Shown: one piece after another, positions 42,992 to 53,212 of the stretch | How the letters are laid out: every line of letters starts with the position of its first letter | How positions within the stretch are numbered: the stretch's first letter is position 1 | NCBI GenBank assembly: GCA_036172245.1 | Contig: JAYWIR010000036.1 | Coordinates: 744,001-808,000, forward strand | Direction: 5' to 3' | From: Raillietiella orientalis | Lineage: Eukaryota | DNA: 64,000 bases | The notes under the pieces: generated by a model | Told to the model about the DNA's origin: nothing | Seen by the model: the letters and a program-made list of their open reading frames with translations, nothing else | Database searches by the model: none | Made by a program: the position numbers and the translations under genes

Positions 42992-44640
42992 TTTCCCACC
43001 CGGTCACTTCGGGCATTTCTTTCATAAAAAAGGAAACCAGTCGAGAATGCGCTGGTTCCCAACCGACGACCACAAAAAACAAAGGGGAGGGTACATCGAC
43101 ACGCAGACTGGGATTACGAAAAGTTCGGAACAGGGGAGGGGATCGGGGGACAACAACAACAAAAATAAAGCAAATCCGGTAGGATGGGAAAGGAATCTTT
43201 GAGTTGGCTCCGTGAGCACCGGGTTCAAAACAAAAAGCACCGGGGAAGTTTCGGAACGAAATGGGGGTGGGGAATGAGAAAGAAAAAAATAAAGGGAGAC
43301 AGAAGATAGAAGTCACCGGGGTCTGCCGTTCTTAGTTCTCCTCAAACCGGCGGTGGATGCCGGCAATCTCCGCCTTCGCTTCATCGTTCATGTGAGACCA
43401 CCTCGCAGCCGTCCTCATGTGGGAGGCTGCTATCCCGGTGACCTCCCATTGCGTCGTCGTCGTCTCCAGCACATGGCGGGCCGTGACGATGGAGCGATGC
43501 AACCCCGTGGTTGCGACCACCGCTCCCGTTGAGAGTCCTCCCGGAGTCGAAGAACCGTCGCAGCACATCTTGGGCGGTGTCCTCCCGGAGCAGGAGCGCT
43601 GACGCCAGCCCCCTCCGCAGTTTCTGGGGGAGCACCGCAGCCCAAAAGCAGGAGCGGCGGGATCGACTCCGCCGACCCACACCTGGCGCAGTTCGGGGAT
43701 GCAACCCCTGCGGGAACGAGGGTGCCTGCGCTCATTGCACCTCAATCTCCAGTGCAGGAAGAGTAGCACATCCTGTTTCTACGATAGCAGGAACACGGAA
43801 GCGTCCAACCAATGGGGAGGGACTTCGAGTTCTTCGGGGACAGGACTCAACAGTTCGCTCCACCGAAGGAGTCCCGTTGCCACAGCACACGGAATGGTAG
43901 ACCCTCCGCCAGCCTACGCGTCTTCCAGCAGCCAAGGAGTTTCGTCCTTTCCGCGATGGTGCAAGGAACTCTCACCTCGCCGGTTGGCCGCTGTCGTCTC
44001 TTGCCCTGTAGGATTTGGGAGCTGAGGCTGCCCACGGGTGCTCCTGCCGGCTCGCATCGGCGCCCTCCCTCAGTCCGAGGCAGGTCGGTCATCTGATCCC
44101 AGCAGTGCTGCCTCCGGATTCGCCGACTCGCGTGCATTCTAGGAGGTTCCTCCTGATGTTGAGGAGGAATGCTTCGCCCTTGTGCGACGGCGCCCATGAG
44201 ACCTCGCCGATCCTAAACGGTGTGCGCCTCCTCCCCCTATTTCGTCCTCTGTACTCGGCGTCGAGGGGTCTGCGGTCTCGAATGTGTTGTCCACTTCCGT
44301 AACGTGAATCCAACTGCTCGTGCCTTGTGAGCTCCGGAAGTTCCCTCTCTGCCCCCTTCGACGCATCCGGAATGACCTCCGTCGAGCGACTGCACCAGGT
44401 TTGCCTGCTTCCTCCTTGGCATTATCGCAGGAAGTCCTGCTTTACGGACACCGCGGTCTTTTCCCGTCAGTTCAGGACGACTCGATCTCCGAGTCCACGG
44501 GTCCTTCTGCTGCACCAGGATCTGTTTCGGGTGGCAATTCGGAGTTCGTTCTTCTATTTTTCCTATTCCTGGATGCTCTTCGTGAACATCCGTGCATCCT
44601 TTGCACCAATCACTTCCACCTCTCCCTCTCCATCGATGTG
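42992..44640 (-). mobile_element. LINE lineage B copy 4 (post-RT region plus 3' module)
   Basis: LLFLHWRL, CARCGSAESI..C (zf-RVT-like) and HMRTAARWSHMNDEAKAEIAGIHRR; end AAAGAAATGCCCGAAGTGACCGGGTGGGAAA. Confidence 0.75.
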
Positions 44641-45357
44641 ATTTCATTTCTGTATTGTTCGTCTACGTTCTGACTTAACGTCATTAAAAATAATCAAGGT
44701 ACATTATGCAGTCACTGGAACATTATGATACTGGAACACTAAACCCATCTAGATCCTTGGCAAGTTTCAAGTGGCTGCACAGTACATAGATATTTCGTTT
44801 GGCATCCTTTTCAGTTTCAAGCCATGGACAATACATGCAATCAACCTTCACAGGATTTGAATCTGAATCCTCCAACTGAAAACAAGGCCTCACATATACA
44901 GATGCTGCTCTAGACTTGAATTCATAGAATACAGATGACCTATTTTGATGCTAAGTTAAATTATTCCAGATGCTACCGTATTGATTCTCATCAAGAGTAT
45001 GAGACCCAACCGATTAATTAATTCAACATTTTTCCCATTTGATGCCTCGTATGACCTACAACAGCGTCCTAGATAAGTAGAGAAAAACAGGCCTCGGCTC
45101 ATAGAGACATCCTAAATGTTTAGATTATTAACAAATAATAATCAATGTCCCATAATATAGCGAGGAATATTTGAGCTGAATAGTAAAATAAGTCTTCCCA
45201 AAGCCTAAAGAAAAAATGGCTTTGTAGCGTATAATATTTTTATATTGCAATTAACGTAGGTTAGAATATTCGTTGGCATCATGCAAAGAAGGGGGCGTCG
45301 ATTGATTGGTTGTGCTGCCGTACAATGAAGATGGTTGAATGATGAATTGTGGGAAAA

Positions 45358-45594
45358 CAGGTAGTACTGGAGTTAACGACGGGTTTCCGTGCCAACGTCG
45401 TTGCTCCGTCTTCCCCTCCGCCACTGGAGCGGACCTCACCGGTCTTTGGCAAGTCCCTCCGCTCGTGGTAGAACCAACTGTTCCACCACGACATAAAAAA
45501 AAATTACGACTTTATTATAAAAATTTTTAAATAATAAATGCCCCGGCAAATCCGTGTCACAAACAAACGTCTCCGTCGCAAATCGGTTCTGACG
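45358..45594. mobile_element. pogo/Tigger-type terminal and subterminal sequence, interrupted by lineage B copy 5
   Basis: CAGGTAGTACTGGAGTTAACGACGGGTTTCCGT resembles the TIR at 50240-50259. CGGTTCTGACG (45584-45594) is the exact reverse complement of CGTCAGAACCG (49038-49048) in the Tigger subterminal region. Confidence 0.55.
45400..45563 (+). mobile_element. LINE lineage B copy 5 (3' module only)
   Basis: GGACCTCACCGGTCT, hairpin GTGGTAGAAC-CAACT-GTTCCACCAC (45465-45489), AATAAA 45533-45538, end CCCCGGCAAATCCGTGTCACAAA. Confidence 0.8.
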
Positions 45595-47845
45595 TTTGTC
45601 ACCCGGATATGCCGGGGTATTTACTAATCTAATTAATATAAAATTAGTTAATAAAGTCAATTGATATGTTTTTGTGGGAAAACACTTGGTTTTCCCACGC
45701 TGGCAGACGTGTCGGGAGCCGGTGCCGACACCGGCTAGGTCCTTTCCCGAGGCGCAGGGGAAGGGGAAACTGAAACAAAAAGAAACAAAAAGAGAAATAA
45801 CGGGGAGGGAAACAGTTATATGGGGGAGTGGGGGGCAGGGAAGGGATCACTGGGCGCCTGGGTTGGTCCTCTGCATCCTGTTCAGGATGCAGTCAAGCTC
45901 TGCTTTTACTGTGGGAGGTAGACGCCATCTTGTCGCCGTCTCCAAAGAGATCGTCGTCCAGTGGATGGCGTCCCTGCATCTTGGGCCTCTTCTTCTGGCG
46001 TGCCACCTTTGCACGATGCCGCGCACGCAGCAGAGGACTGCTAGAGACGCAGCGGGGCGCAGGCCGTCACGCAGAAAGAGGCGACGGTAAATTTCCTTAG
46101 GGTCGCCTACTGGAAGATGGAGGATTGGGGCGATTCGACTCCAGAGTCCATCCAGGGCGACACACTCGAGGGTGAGATGCGGGAAGGTTTCTCTTTCTCC
46201 GCACTCGACACAGCAGGCATCCACATTTCCCAGTGTCCAGTGAGACAGGCGTGCTCTGCTTAACAGTCCCCAGTGCAGAAATAGAAACGCCGTCTCCTGC
46301 CACTTTAACGGAAGGGTGCCGCAATCCCAACACGCTGGGGGCCACTTCACCTCCTCCGGAGGTATAGCGAGCAGCTCTCCCCAGCGCGCAAGTCCGTGAG
46401 GCGGGACGCTCGGGGTGGCAGCGTCCGCTAGCTCCCGAGTCGTCCACGCCTTTAAAGGTTTTCTCCTGCCTCGGATGAGGCAGGACACTTCCCACGATGC
46501 TCCCTCGTTGCTGCTCCTAATGTTCTTCAGGGAGGACAGTACGGCGGCAAGGGGGCTGAAAGAAGCCCACAGAAACTTCCGGGGCGTGTTGATAATATCC
46601 TGCAGCAGCTGTCGAGCGTACGGTCCTTGATGTAGGCAGTTGTATTCCACCTCGCTCGTGCCGTTGATCTTAGCCCACGCGGAGACTGACTCCTGAAGCC
46701 AGGCAGTGCAGTTCGCGGGGAGGCAGGAGATCCAGGTATTCTCCCTCATCAGGGCGACCATCTGGCGCAGATGAAAGCCACAGTTGTTGCTGAGGCTGCG
46801 CTGGTAGGCCACGAGGATCGAGGACAATCCTTCGCAGCCGGTCGCTCTTCTGGCGAGGAGCCGTGTCGGTTCGCACCATGGCGTCATCCATAAGCTAGCC
46901 GCAAGGGCTAGCTTCCGAAAGTTGATTTGTTTTTCCATGCGCTCCATAGTCAGGAGGCCCAAACCACCGTCCCTGCGTGGAGCGCACAAGTCTTTCAATC
47001 GGACTCGCGACCTCGCTGTGCCCCAAAGGGCAGTGCTCAAGAGGGCTTTGGTCCGTCTCTATATGATTGGGGGGGCGGAGCAAACAAAAAGTAAGGGGCG
47101 AAGGAGTGGGGCCGCGAACGCGTTCCACACTGCGGCCCGCTCCTGCAAGTAAAACTTGCCGTTCCGGAACGGGTCGATCGCCAACTCCACCTTTTGGAGA
47201 CGGTCGGAACAGGCTCTTGCAACGCAGAAGTCCTCCAACGGAACGCCAAGGTACTTCAAGCACCTGCCCGTGGGGATACCCAAGCGGATCCAGTCCGGCC
47301 GTCCGGCCCACGCCGTATTGTGAAAAAGCAGTGGTGATGTTGGAACAATTGAAGATTTTTCTCTGTTCACCTCGAGGCCCGGCCTGCGGCGCAGCAACTC
47401 AAAGAAATCTTCCAGCGCCGACGCCGGGGTGGACCCGGGGAGCAGGAGCAGAAGGTCATCGGCGTACGCCGACACGGCAGGCGTGCCAAGACACGAGCTC
47501 GGCAGGGTTGCCAGAGTCTCCCTGTATGCCCTCAGCACCAGCTCGAAGTAGATGCTGAAGAGCAAGGGGCTCAGACTGTCACCCTGCCTTATGCCACGAC
47601 GAACCGGCACGCCGTACACGTGCCGGTCGCTAAAAGTGATGTTAATCAGCGCGAAGCGCCAGCAGGAGCGCAGGTAAGCCCGGAAGACGGCCGGGAATCC
47701 CAAGCGTTCCAGAAGCTCCAGGAGGAGTTGCTTGTCGACGCAGTCGAACGCTTTACGCAGATCGACTGCGACCGCAAGGGCTCCGGGCGCCGCTTCACCT
47801 CTTCGGCTTCCCTCCCCCCGATCAGTGGAGAGTCCAAAACTTGAC
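45595..47845 (-). mobile_element. LINE lineage B copy 6: RT motifs 3-7 plus zf-RVT, one in-frame stop, complete 3' module
   Basis: AVDLRKAFD, GIRQGDSLSPLLFSIY, AYADD, KYLGVP, DGGLGL, CVECGERETFPHLTLEC. ORFs 47059-47922 and 45847-47040 are in the same frame, separated by one TAG at 47059-47061. Confidence 0.93.
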
Positions 47846-48186
47846 GACGCGGGATCGTCGCTGCTTGGAGTAAAGCAGCGGAAGGATCCAGAGGCAGGGA
47901 TGCCATCCACTTCGCCGTCCAATTCATCAGGATAGCAACGCGATGGCCCTACTTGGAAAACGACATCCAGAAAGATCTTACCGACATCCCTTCCCGCACC
48001 CCCTAAAGTGTATTTATTTTTTTTGTTTGCTCCCTTCCCTCTGCTGCCGTGGCGGACCGCGCCGGTCTAAGACCCGGCGACCCGGCCCAGGTCTCCATGA
48101 AATTGCGCGTGGCTAGACCACTGGTCCAACCACAGCTCTTGTTATATGTTTGTTTTAGTAATAACACCCCGGCGCACCGGGTGAAA
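47846..48186 (+). mobile_element. LINE lineage B copy 7 (3' end), head-to-head with copy 6
   Basis: RGIVAAWSKAAEGSRGRDAIHFAVQFIRIATRWPYLENDIQKDLTDI; CGCCGG-TCTAAGAC-CCGGCG hairpin; end AATAACACCCCGGCGCACCGGGTGAAA. Confidence 0.85.
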
Positions 48187-49048
48187 GCTCGACTTACGGC
48201 GGTTCGCACTTACGACGGCCGATCCTCTAACTCAACCAAAGCATCCAGAACATAGGAATTTCATGGAAGGAAGTATCAGAACAATCATGCGAGGAACCCG
48301 GAAGAAGTTACTGCCATTGCAGACACTCCAGGAACGACATGGTATGTTAGAACAAACTGAGGAGGAGATCATATAAAAATTGCAAGAGAGCTGGATCTAG
48401 AAATCAATGCTACCGACATAGAAGAATTAGGGAAGCACGATCAAGACTTAATTTCCAAAACGAAAGAGCTAAAGAAGAAGGAATCAATGAATGAGAAAGG
48501 TGGAAAAGAGAAGTGGTTAAAAAAAAAAATACTATAAAAGGATTAGCTGAAGTATTTTCTAAGCGAAATCAGGGAATTCTGCTAATCGAAAATATTTAGC
48601 AAGAGACACTGATGGCTTTGCCAAAGTCGAAAAGTAAATCCGGGAAGCAATTAGACGTTACCGTCACGAAATATATGGCGAGAAAAGAAAAACACCAACG
48701 GACAACACAAACTAATTTTTCGATGAAAAAAGCGGCTCCCGGTTGGGAAGAATAATGATATCGTTCAAATTAAAAAATCATTTCATTAAACACCGTTAAT
48801 AAGTTTTTTGGTGTGTGTTTGCCCCATTTTCGATATGTGTGTATGTATTTTTTTCTTAAATTTATCTTTCTTAATTTCATACTTATGTATTTACATATAT
48901 ACTAATAAATAATTTATAAATGTTTGTGTAAGTGTATACATTTTTTTAACCATTTTAAGTTAATTAAAAACCTGTCATGAAAATGCTATAATAGAAATAA
49001 AAACAAATCAATAACGAAAAGAAGCAGCCCCGACTTACGTCAGAACCG

Positions 49049-49179
49049 GGAGGTCAGACACAAGCACAGGGAGGTCAAGAGAATCCTGGATTCTCCTCTG
49101 ACCAGGAAGGGGACGCCCTTGATGGAAGAGCCGCGCCCGGAGACCTTGAGGTCGCAGTCGATCTGCGTAAAGCGTTCGA
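49049..49179 (+). mobile_element. Short lineage B RT fragment
   Basis: PGFSSDQEGDALDGRAAPGDLEVAVDLRKAF matches FGLSTDRGEGSRRGEAAPGALAVAVDLRKAF of copy 6. Confidence 0.8.
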
Positions 49180-50238
49180 TTTTCACCCGGATTTCTCCGG
49201 GTCGTTTATTAAAAAATAAACTTTACAGTAAAAATGTCAGTGGCTGTAGCAATGCTGCAGCCAAGCACGAAGAACCACGGAGCCTGCCAGGTCACCGGTT
49301 CGCAGACCGGTACGGTCCACCAAGGCAGCAGGGGAAGGGGGAAAAACAAAAAAACTAAACAAAAAGAAAAAAAGAGTGGGAGGGTACGGGAAGGGATCAC
49401 TGTTGCTGCTGGGGCCGCATCATCCTTCTCAGGATGCCGGCAAGCTCTTGCTGCATTTGAGGATCCATCGCGACATCCTCCTCAGGAATTGGGAGGCGCA
49501 CTGGATGGCATCCTGATCGCTTGGTCCTCCCTTTGCCGTGCTCCATGCGGCGACGATCCCGCGAAGGCAGCACAAGGCCTCTATCGAGGCCTCTGGCCGA
49601 AGGGCGTCGGCAACGAAGAGGGGTTTCAATGCATCCCTGGAGTTGCCTTCTGGGATTTCAAGGACCGCGGCAATCCCGGAGGAGCCGGAGGGCAACACAG
49701 TACACTACCCCGCACCTGACACAGTTCGGATCCACACACCCCAGCGTCCAGTGGTGACGTGGGTGTTGCGTGGGAGACCCCAATGTAGCACCAACAACGC
49801 CTACTGCAGCCACTTCAAGGGGAGAGTGCGGGTGTCCATGAGCACCGGGGGCCACTTCAGATGTTCCAACAGAACTTCCAGCAGCTCGTTCCAGCGCGAG
49901 AGTCCGTGGGGCGGTGAACTCGGGGTCGCAGCGCCGGTGAGCTGGTCCGTCTTCCACTCACCCAGTCCTTTGTCCCTTCCGGAGATCATTGCTTTAACTT
50001 CCTATTTCTCCAGGATGCTGTTGCTCAGGTGTTCCCCAAGGGAGGGCAGCGCTGCGGCAAGGAAAGTTGTTCCTGCCCACGCGCTTTTTCTGGGATCCTC
50101 CAGGATCTCTCGGAGCGTGCAACGGTTATTGCGCATGAACAGGAACCTGAGCACCTGCTCCGTTCGTTGCTTCTGGCTCCTCGCCCAGGTGCGAACAGTT
50201 TCCTGGAGCCAGACACTACCGTTCACGAGGAGGAATCG
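49180..50238 (-). mobile_element. LINE lineage B copy 8 (post-RT region plus 3' module)
   Basis: WLQETVRTW, PPHGLSRWNELL, TLPLKW, CVRCG, LCCLRGIVAAW; CAGTGATCCCTT; end AATAAACGACCCGGAGAAATCCGGGTGAAAA. Confidence 0.88.
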
Positions 50239-51559
50239 CCGTAAGTCGGAGACCACCTGTAAATGAAACATAGGATTAATGCTTGGGGTCTGCCTCCCCT
50301 CGGACTGATGGAGTCCACTGGGGCATCCAGAGCCTGCCGTAGAATTCCGCGGGCACAGGGATCACGTGAAAACATCAGGTTCATCTCAGATGTCAGCTTC
50401 CGTCTTTCCCTCCGAGTGCTCCTCCCTCCTTTCGCTCGAATTGAGGATTTCGTGCCGACTGGGCGGATCCTTCCGTTCACGACAAACGGATTCTGGGGTG
50501 GGAGGTCGAGTTCTCTCCGCTAGCCACCGGTTACGAGTGGACCGTGTGCACTCTGGGTCTGCGGTCTTCTTGAACGTGCCAGCATGTGCGGTTAGCCGGT
50601 GCCTTCTTGTGGGGAAAAGCTCGTTTTGCATTCTGGTTTGCTGCGTTCGAGTGCTAATGGTAGATCGGCTTGCACACGTGATTGGAGTACTTCCGGCCTG
50701 CAATGTGATGTGCCCACACTTTGCACGCGTGCGCTTCTTTGCTGCATTCATTCGATATGCGATTTCCGCCTTTGGACCTGACCGCTCACCTCTGTGAGCT
50801 CTGAAACGAAACGGCAGATTTCAAACAGGCAGGTCAGCGGCGGCGGCAACTGCTGAAGGCATGTCGGATATCTCTACTGAAGTGAAACCTCCTCTCCGTT
50901 TTCCATCTATTTCCATCGAATACTTCCGTTGTGTCTTTTCTCTCGGTTGCCCCGTTCTCTCTGCCCCCGATTCTCTCCAGAGAGGTGAAAGGTCCTCTCC
51001 TCTGGCTTTTCTCGAAATGTTGGAACGTCAGTCCAGACATACGTCAGCCTACACGGGACAGAGCAATCCAAGAAGGCTACGGCACAATTTTCAGTCCCTC
51101 TTCCTCTTGCCGTTGGCCTGCTGGTGTTGGTTCCAAACTTCAAACAATCAAAATGCCGAAAGATAAAAAATAAATAAAAATTAAATATCCACGTTTATTA
51201 TATAGATCAATGTATATTTTATAGATTAATTTGCATTTGTGTAGATTAATGTGTATTTACATAGATTAATATTTATTTTTTAATATACATTAATAAATAT
51301 TTTGGATATTATAAAAACAAATATATATTCATGTATACAATAAATATGTATTAAATAATCATATAAATATCTAATTATAAAAAATCATGGCAAGTATCTA
51401 AAACGGTGGGGAAAAATTAAAAAGCAGGCAGATTAAAAAAAGGAAAAAGAAATTTGGTATTTCATTTTTCAACGCTCAGTAAATGAAACTTCCTCAACAA
51501 TCGATGGATTCTATTTTCGAAGTTTTGATCGTTTGGTAAATATATATGTTTATAAAAAC

Positions 51560-52180
51560 AATAAAAACTCAATTCAATTGAAAAAACACAATTTAAAACA
51601 CAATTAAATTAAATTCCTCTGGTGAACCGCTTGGTTCACCACGTCATTGCAGCTGGTCAGCCCTTGGTCTGTAGACCGTCGAGGTCCGTTTCCGCGGCGA
51701 AGGGGGAGGGAAGAACACAAACGAAACGAAGCAAAAAAAAAATGGGAAAAAGGGGGAGGGCGGAAAAGGGATCACTTGTCGCCTGGCTACGTCCTCTGCA
51801 TCCTTTCCAGGATTCTGACAAGTTGTTGCAGTCCTTTGTTTCCCAAGTGGGACCATCTCCATGCTGTCTTAAGAAAGATCCGCCCACAGTGGATGGAGTC
51901 CCTGCCATTCCGCCCTCTCCTTGTCCGTTCCAGCATGCCACGGTTCCACGTACACAGCAGCAAAGAACTGCTAGGGCCCGCGGCTGGAGGGAGATCAGTA
52001 CGCCGGAGGAGGAGTCGGAAAATGCCCCTTGGTTCACTCGCCAGTTTTCCTAGGAAAGGAAGGATCATCGAGAGACGGATCCAAAGGGGTCGAAGGGCAA
52101 AACCGTCTACGAATAAGTGCGGGAAGGTCTCTTTGTCGCTGCACCTTTCACAACGGGCATCGACGCGCCCCCGTGTAGGG
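51560..52180 (-). mobile_element. LINE lineage B copy 9 (zf-RVT to 3' UTR; terminal hairpin not seen)
   Basis: CERCSDKETFPHLFVD, LAVLCCCVRG, FLKTAWRWSHL..ILERMQRT*; hairpin TGGTGAACC-AAGC-GGTTCACCA (51620-51641). Confidence 0.83.
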
Positions 52181-52210
52181 ACACGGGGGAGCGTCGATGC
52201 CCCCGTGTAG
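52155..52210. repeat. Fold-back palindrome plus short direct duplication at the 5' truncation of copy 9
   Basis: 22-bp arms (52155-52176 and 52181-52202) with one mismatch; CCCCCGTGTAG is repeated directly. Confidence 0.9.
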
Positions 52211-52356
52211 ATATGAACATGTATATATATGTATATTTTATCACTATATATATAGTGATAAAATATACATATATATACATGTTCATATCTATCTATATTT
52301 TGTCACATATATATACATATATATGTATTTTTGTATCACAATATATTACATATATG
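52211..52356. repeat. (TA)-rich low-complexity tract
   Basis: Degenerate TATA/TACATA repeats. Confidence 0.8.
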
Positions 52357-53212
52357 AATGCGGAAAACTCAGTAAGCAGCAGCTCTGTTATTTCAATATC
52401 TAGCAAAAGCATCTTGATCCTGTGGGACCTCGTTCTTGTCAAAGTCTTTGGCAGAAAGGGGAATATGCTATTGGAAACCACTTTTTGCCAACCCTTCGAA
52501 TCTTGGGCGGACCTTGCGTAGGACGGGAACGCGCTCCTGCGTGGGGGTGATGTAACCTGGCACCTTGGTTATCTGTCAGTCCCTTGCCGTGCCACCGCAC
52601 CCCATGGGCTACTGCTTGAGTGTTCTCTGCTGGGAAATGAGTCCGGCGGGGGACGACTTCTGAACACCGCGCGCGCTCCTGGTGAGCGCGATCTCCCGGT
52701 CGTCCGGGTGCACCTGGGCGGCGCGCGACAGGAGCGGGTGGACCGGCAACGTCCGGCGCTCGCTTCCGCAAGCGCGCGCGCGCGGCCGCCATTTTGTTTC
52801 CATAATCTGCACTTCGGGAGCCGACACCTGTCACCGGAGAGAGAGCAAACAAAGCCGTTGGGTGTATCGACCTTCGGGGATGCACAAGCGTGGGAGTGCA
52901 TGCCCGTTATCGGCGGGTCGGCCGGTCGCCTTCTCTTTGCGGAACCTCGAAGTTCCCTCCACAAACCGATTTGTTCCCAGGTCATTATCGCTGCTAACTG
53001 TGTTATTAACACATATCTTCTTACATAGAAAGGAGCTCAGGAGTGGTCAGCTGCACGAGCAAGTGCTTCATTTCAATAGTGAGTCATGTCAGCTCATGTC
53101 CCATAGAGTGGTAATGTCTGCTCGAGAGTTCACCATGGATTGAAAAAGGACCGATCTTCCACTTGCGATTTCCCTCTTGCAAGATGTGGATAACCGAATT
53201 CATCACGTGGTA

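Larger units (their letters stand above)
48188..50261 (+). mobile_element. Internally deleted pogo/Tigger-like DNA transposon, interrupted at 49049-50238 by LINE B sequence
   Basis: Left CTCGACTTACG..CACTTACG repeats; transposase C-terminal remnants IQNIGISWKEVS..KKL and IKIARELDLEINATDIEEL..HDQDL (48243-48450); right end CGTAAGTCGGAGACCACCTG followed by TA. Confidence 0.75.

Noticed and set aside
47846..47922. Apparent long N-terminal insertion before RT motif 3 in ORF 47059-47922
   Set aside because: These codons are the antisense of lineage B copy 7, not part of the RT.
48052..48096. Twister ribozyme resemblance (GCCGGTCTAAGACCCGG)
   Set aside because: No U^AA/P2/T1 elements. It is better explained as hairpin 1 of the lineage B module.
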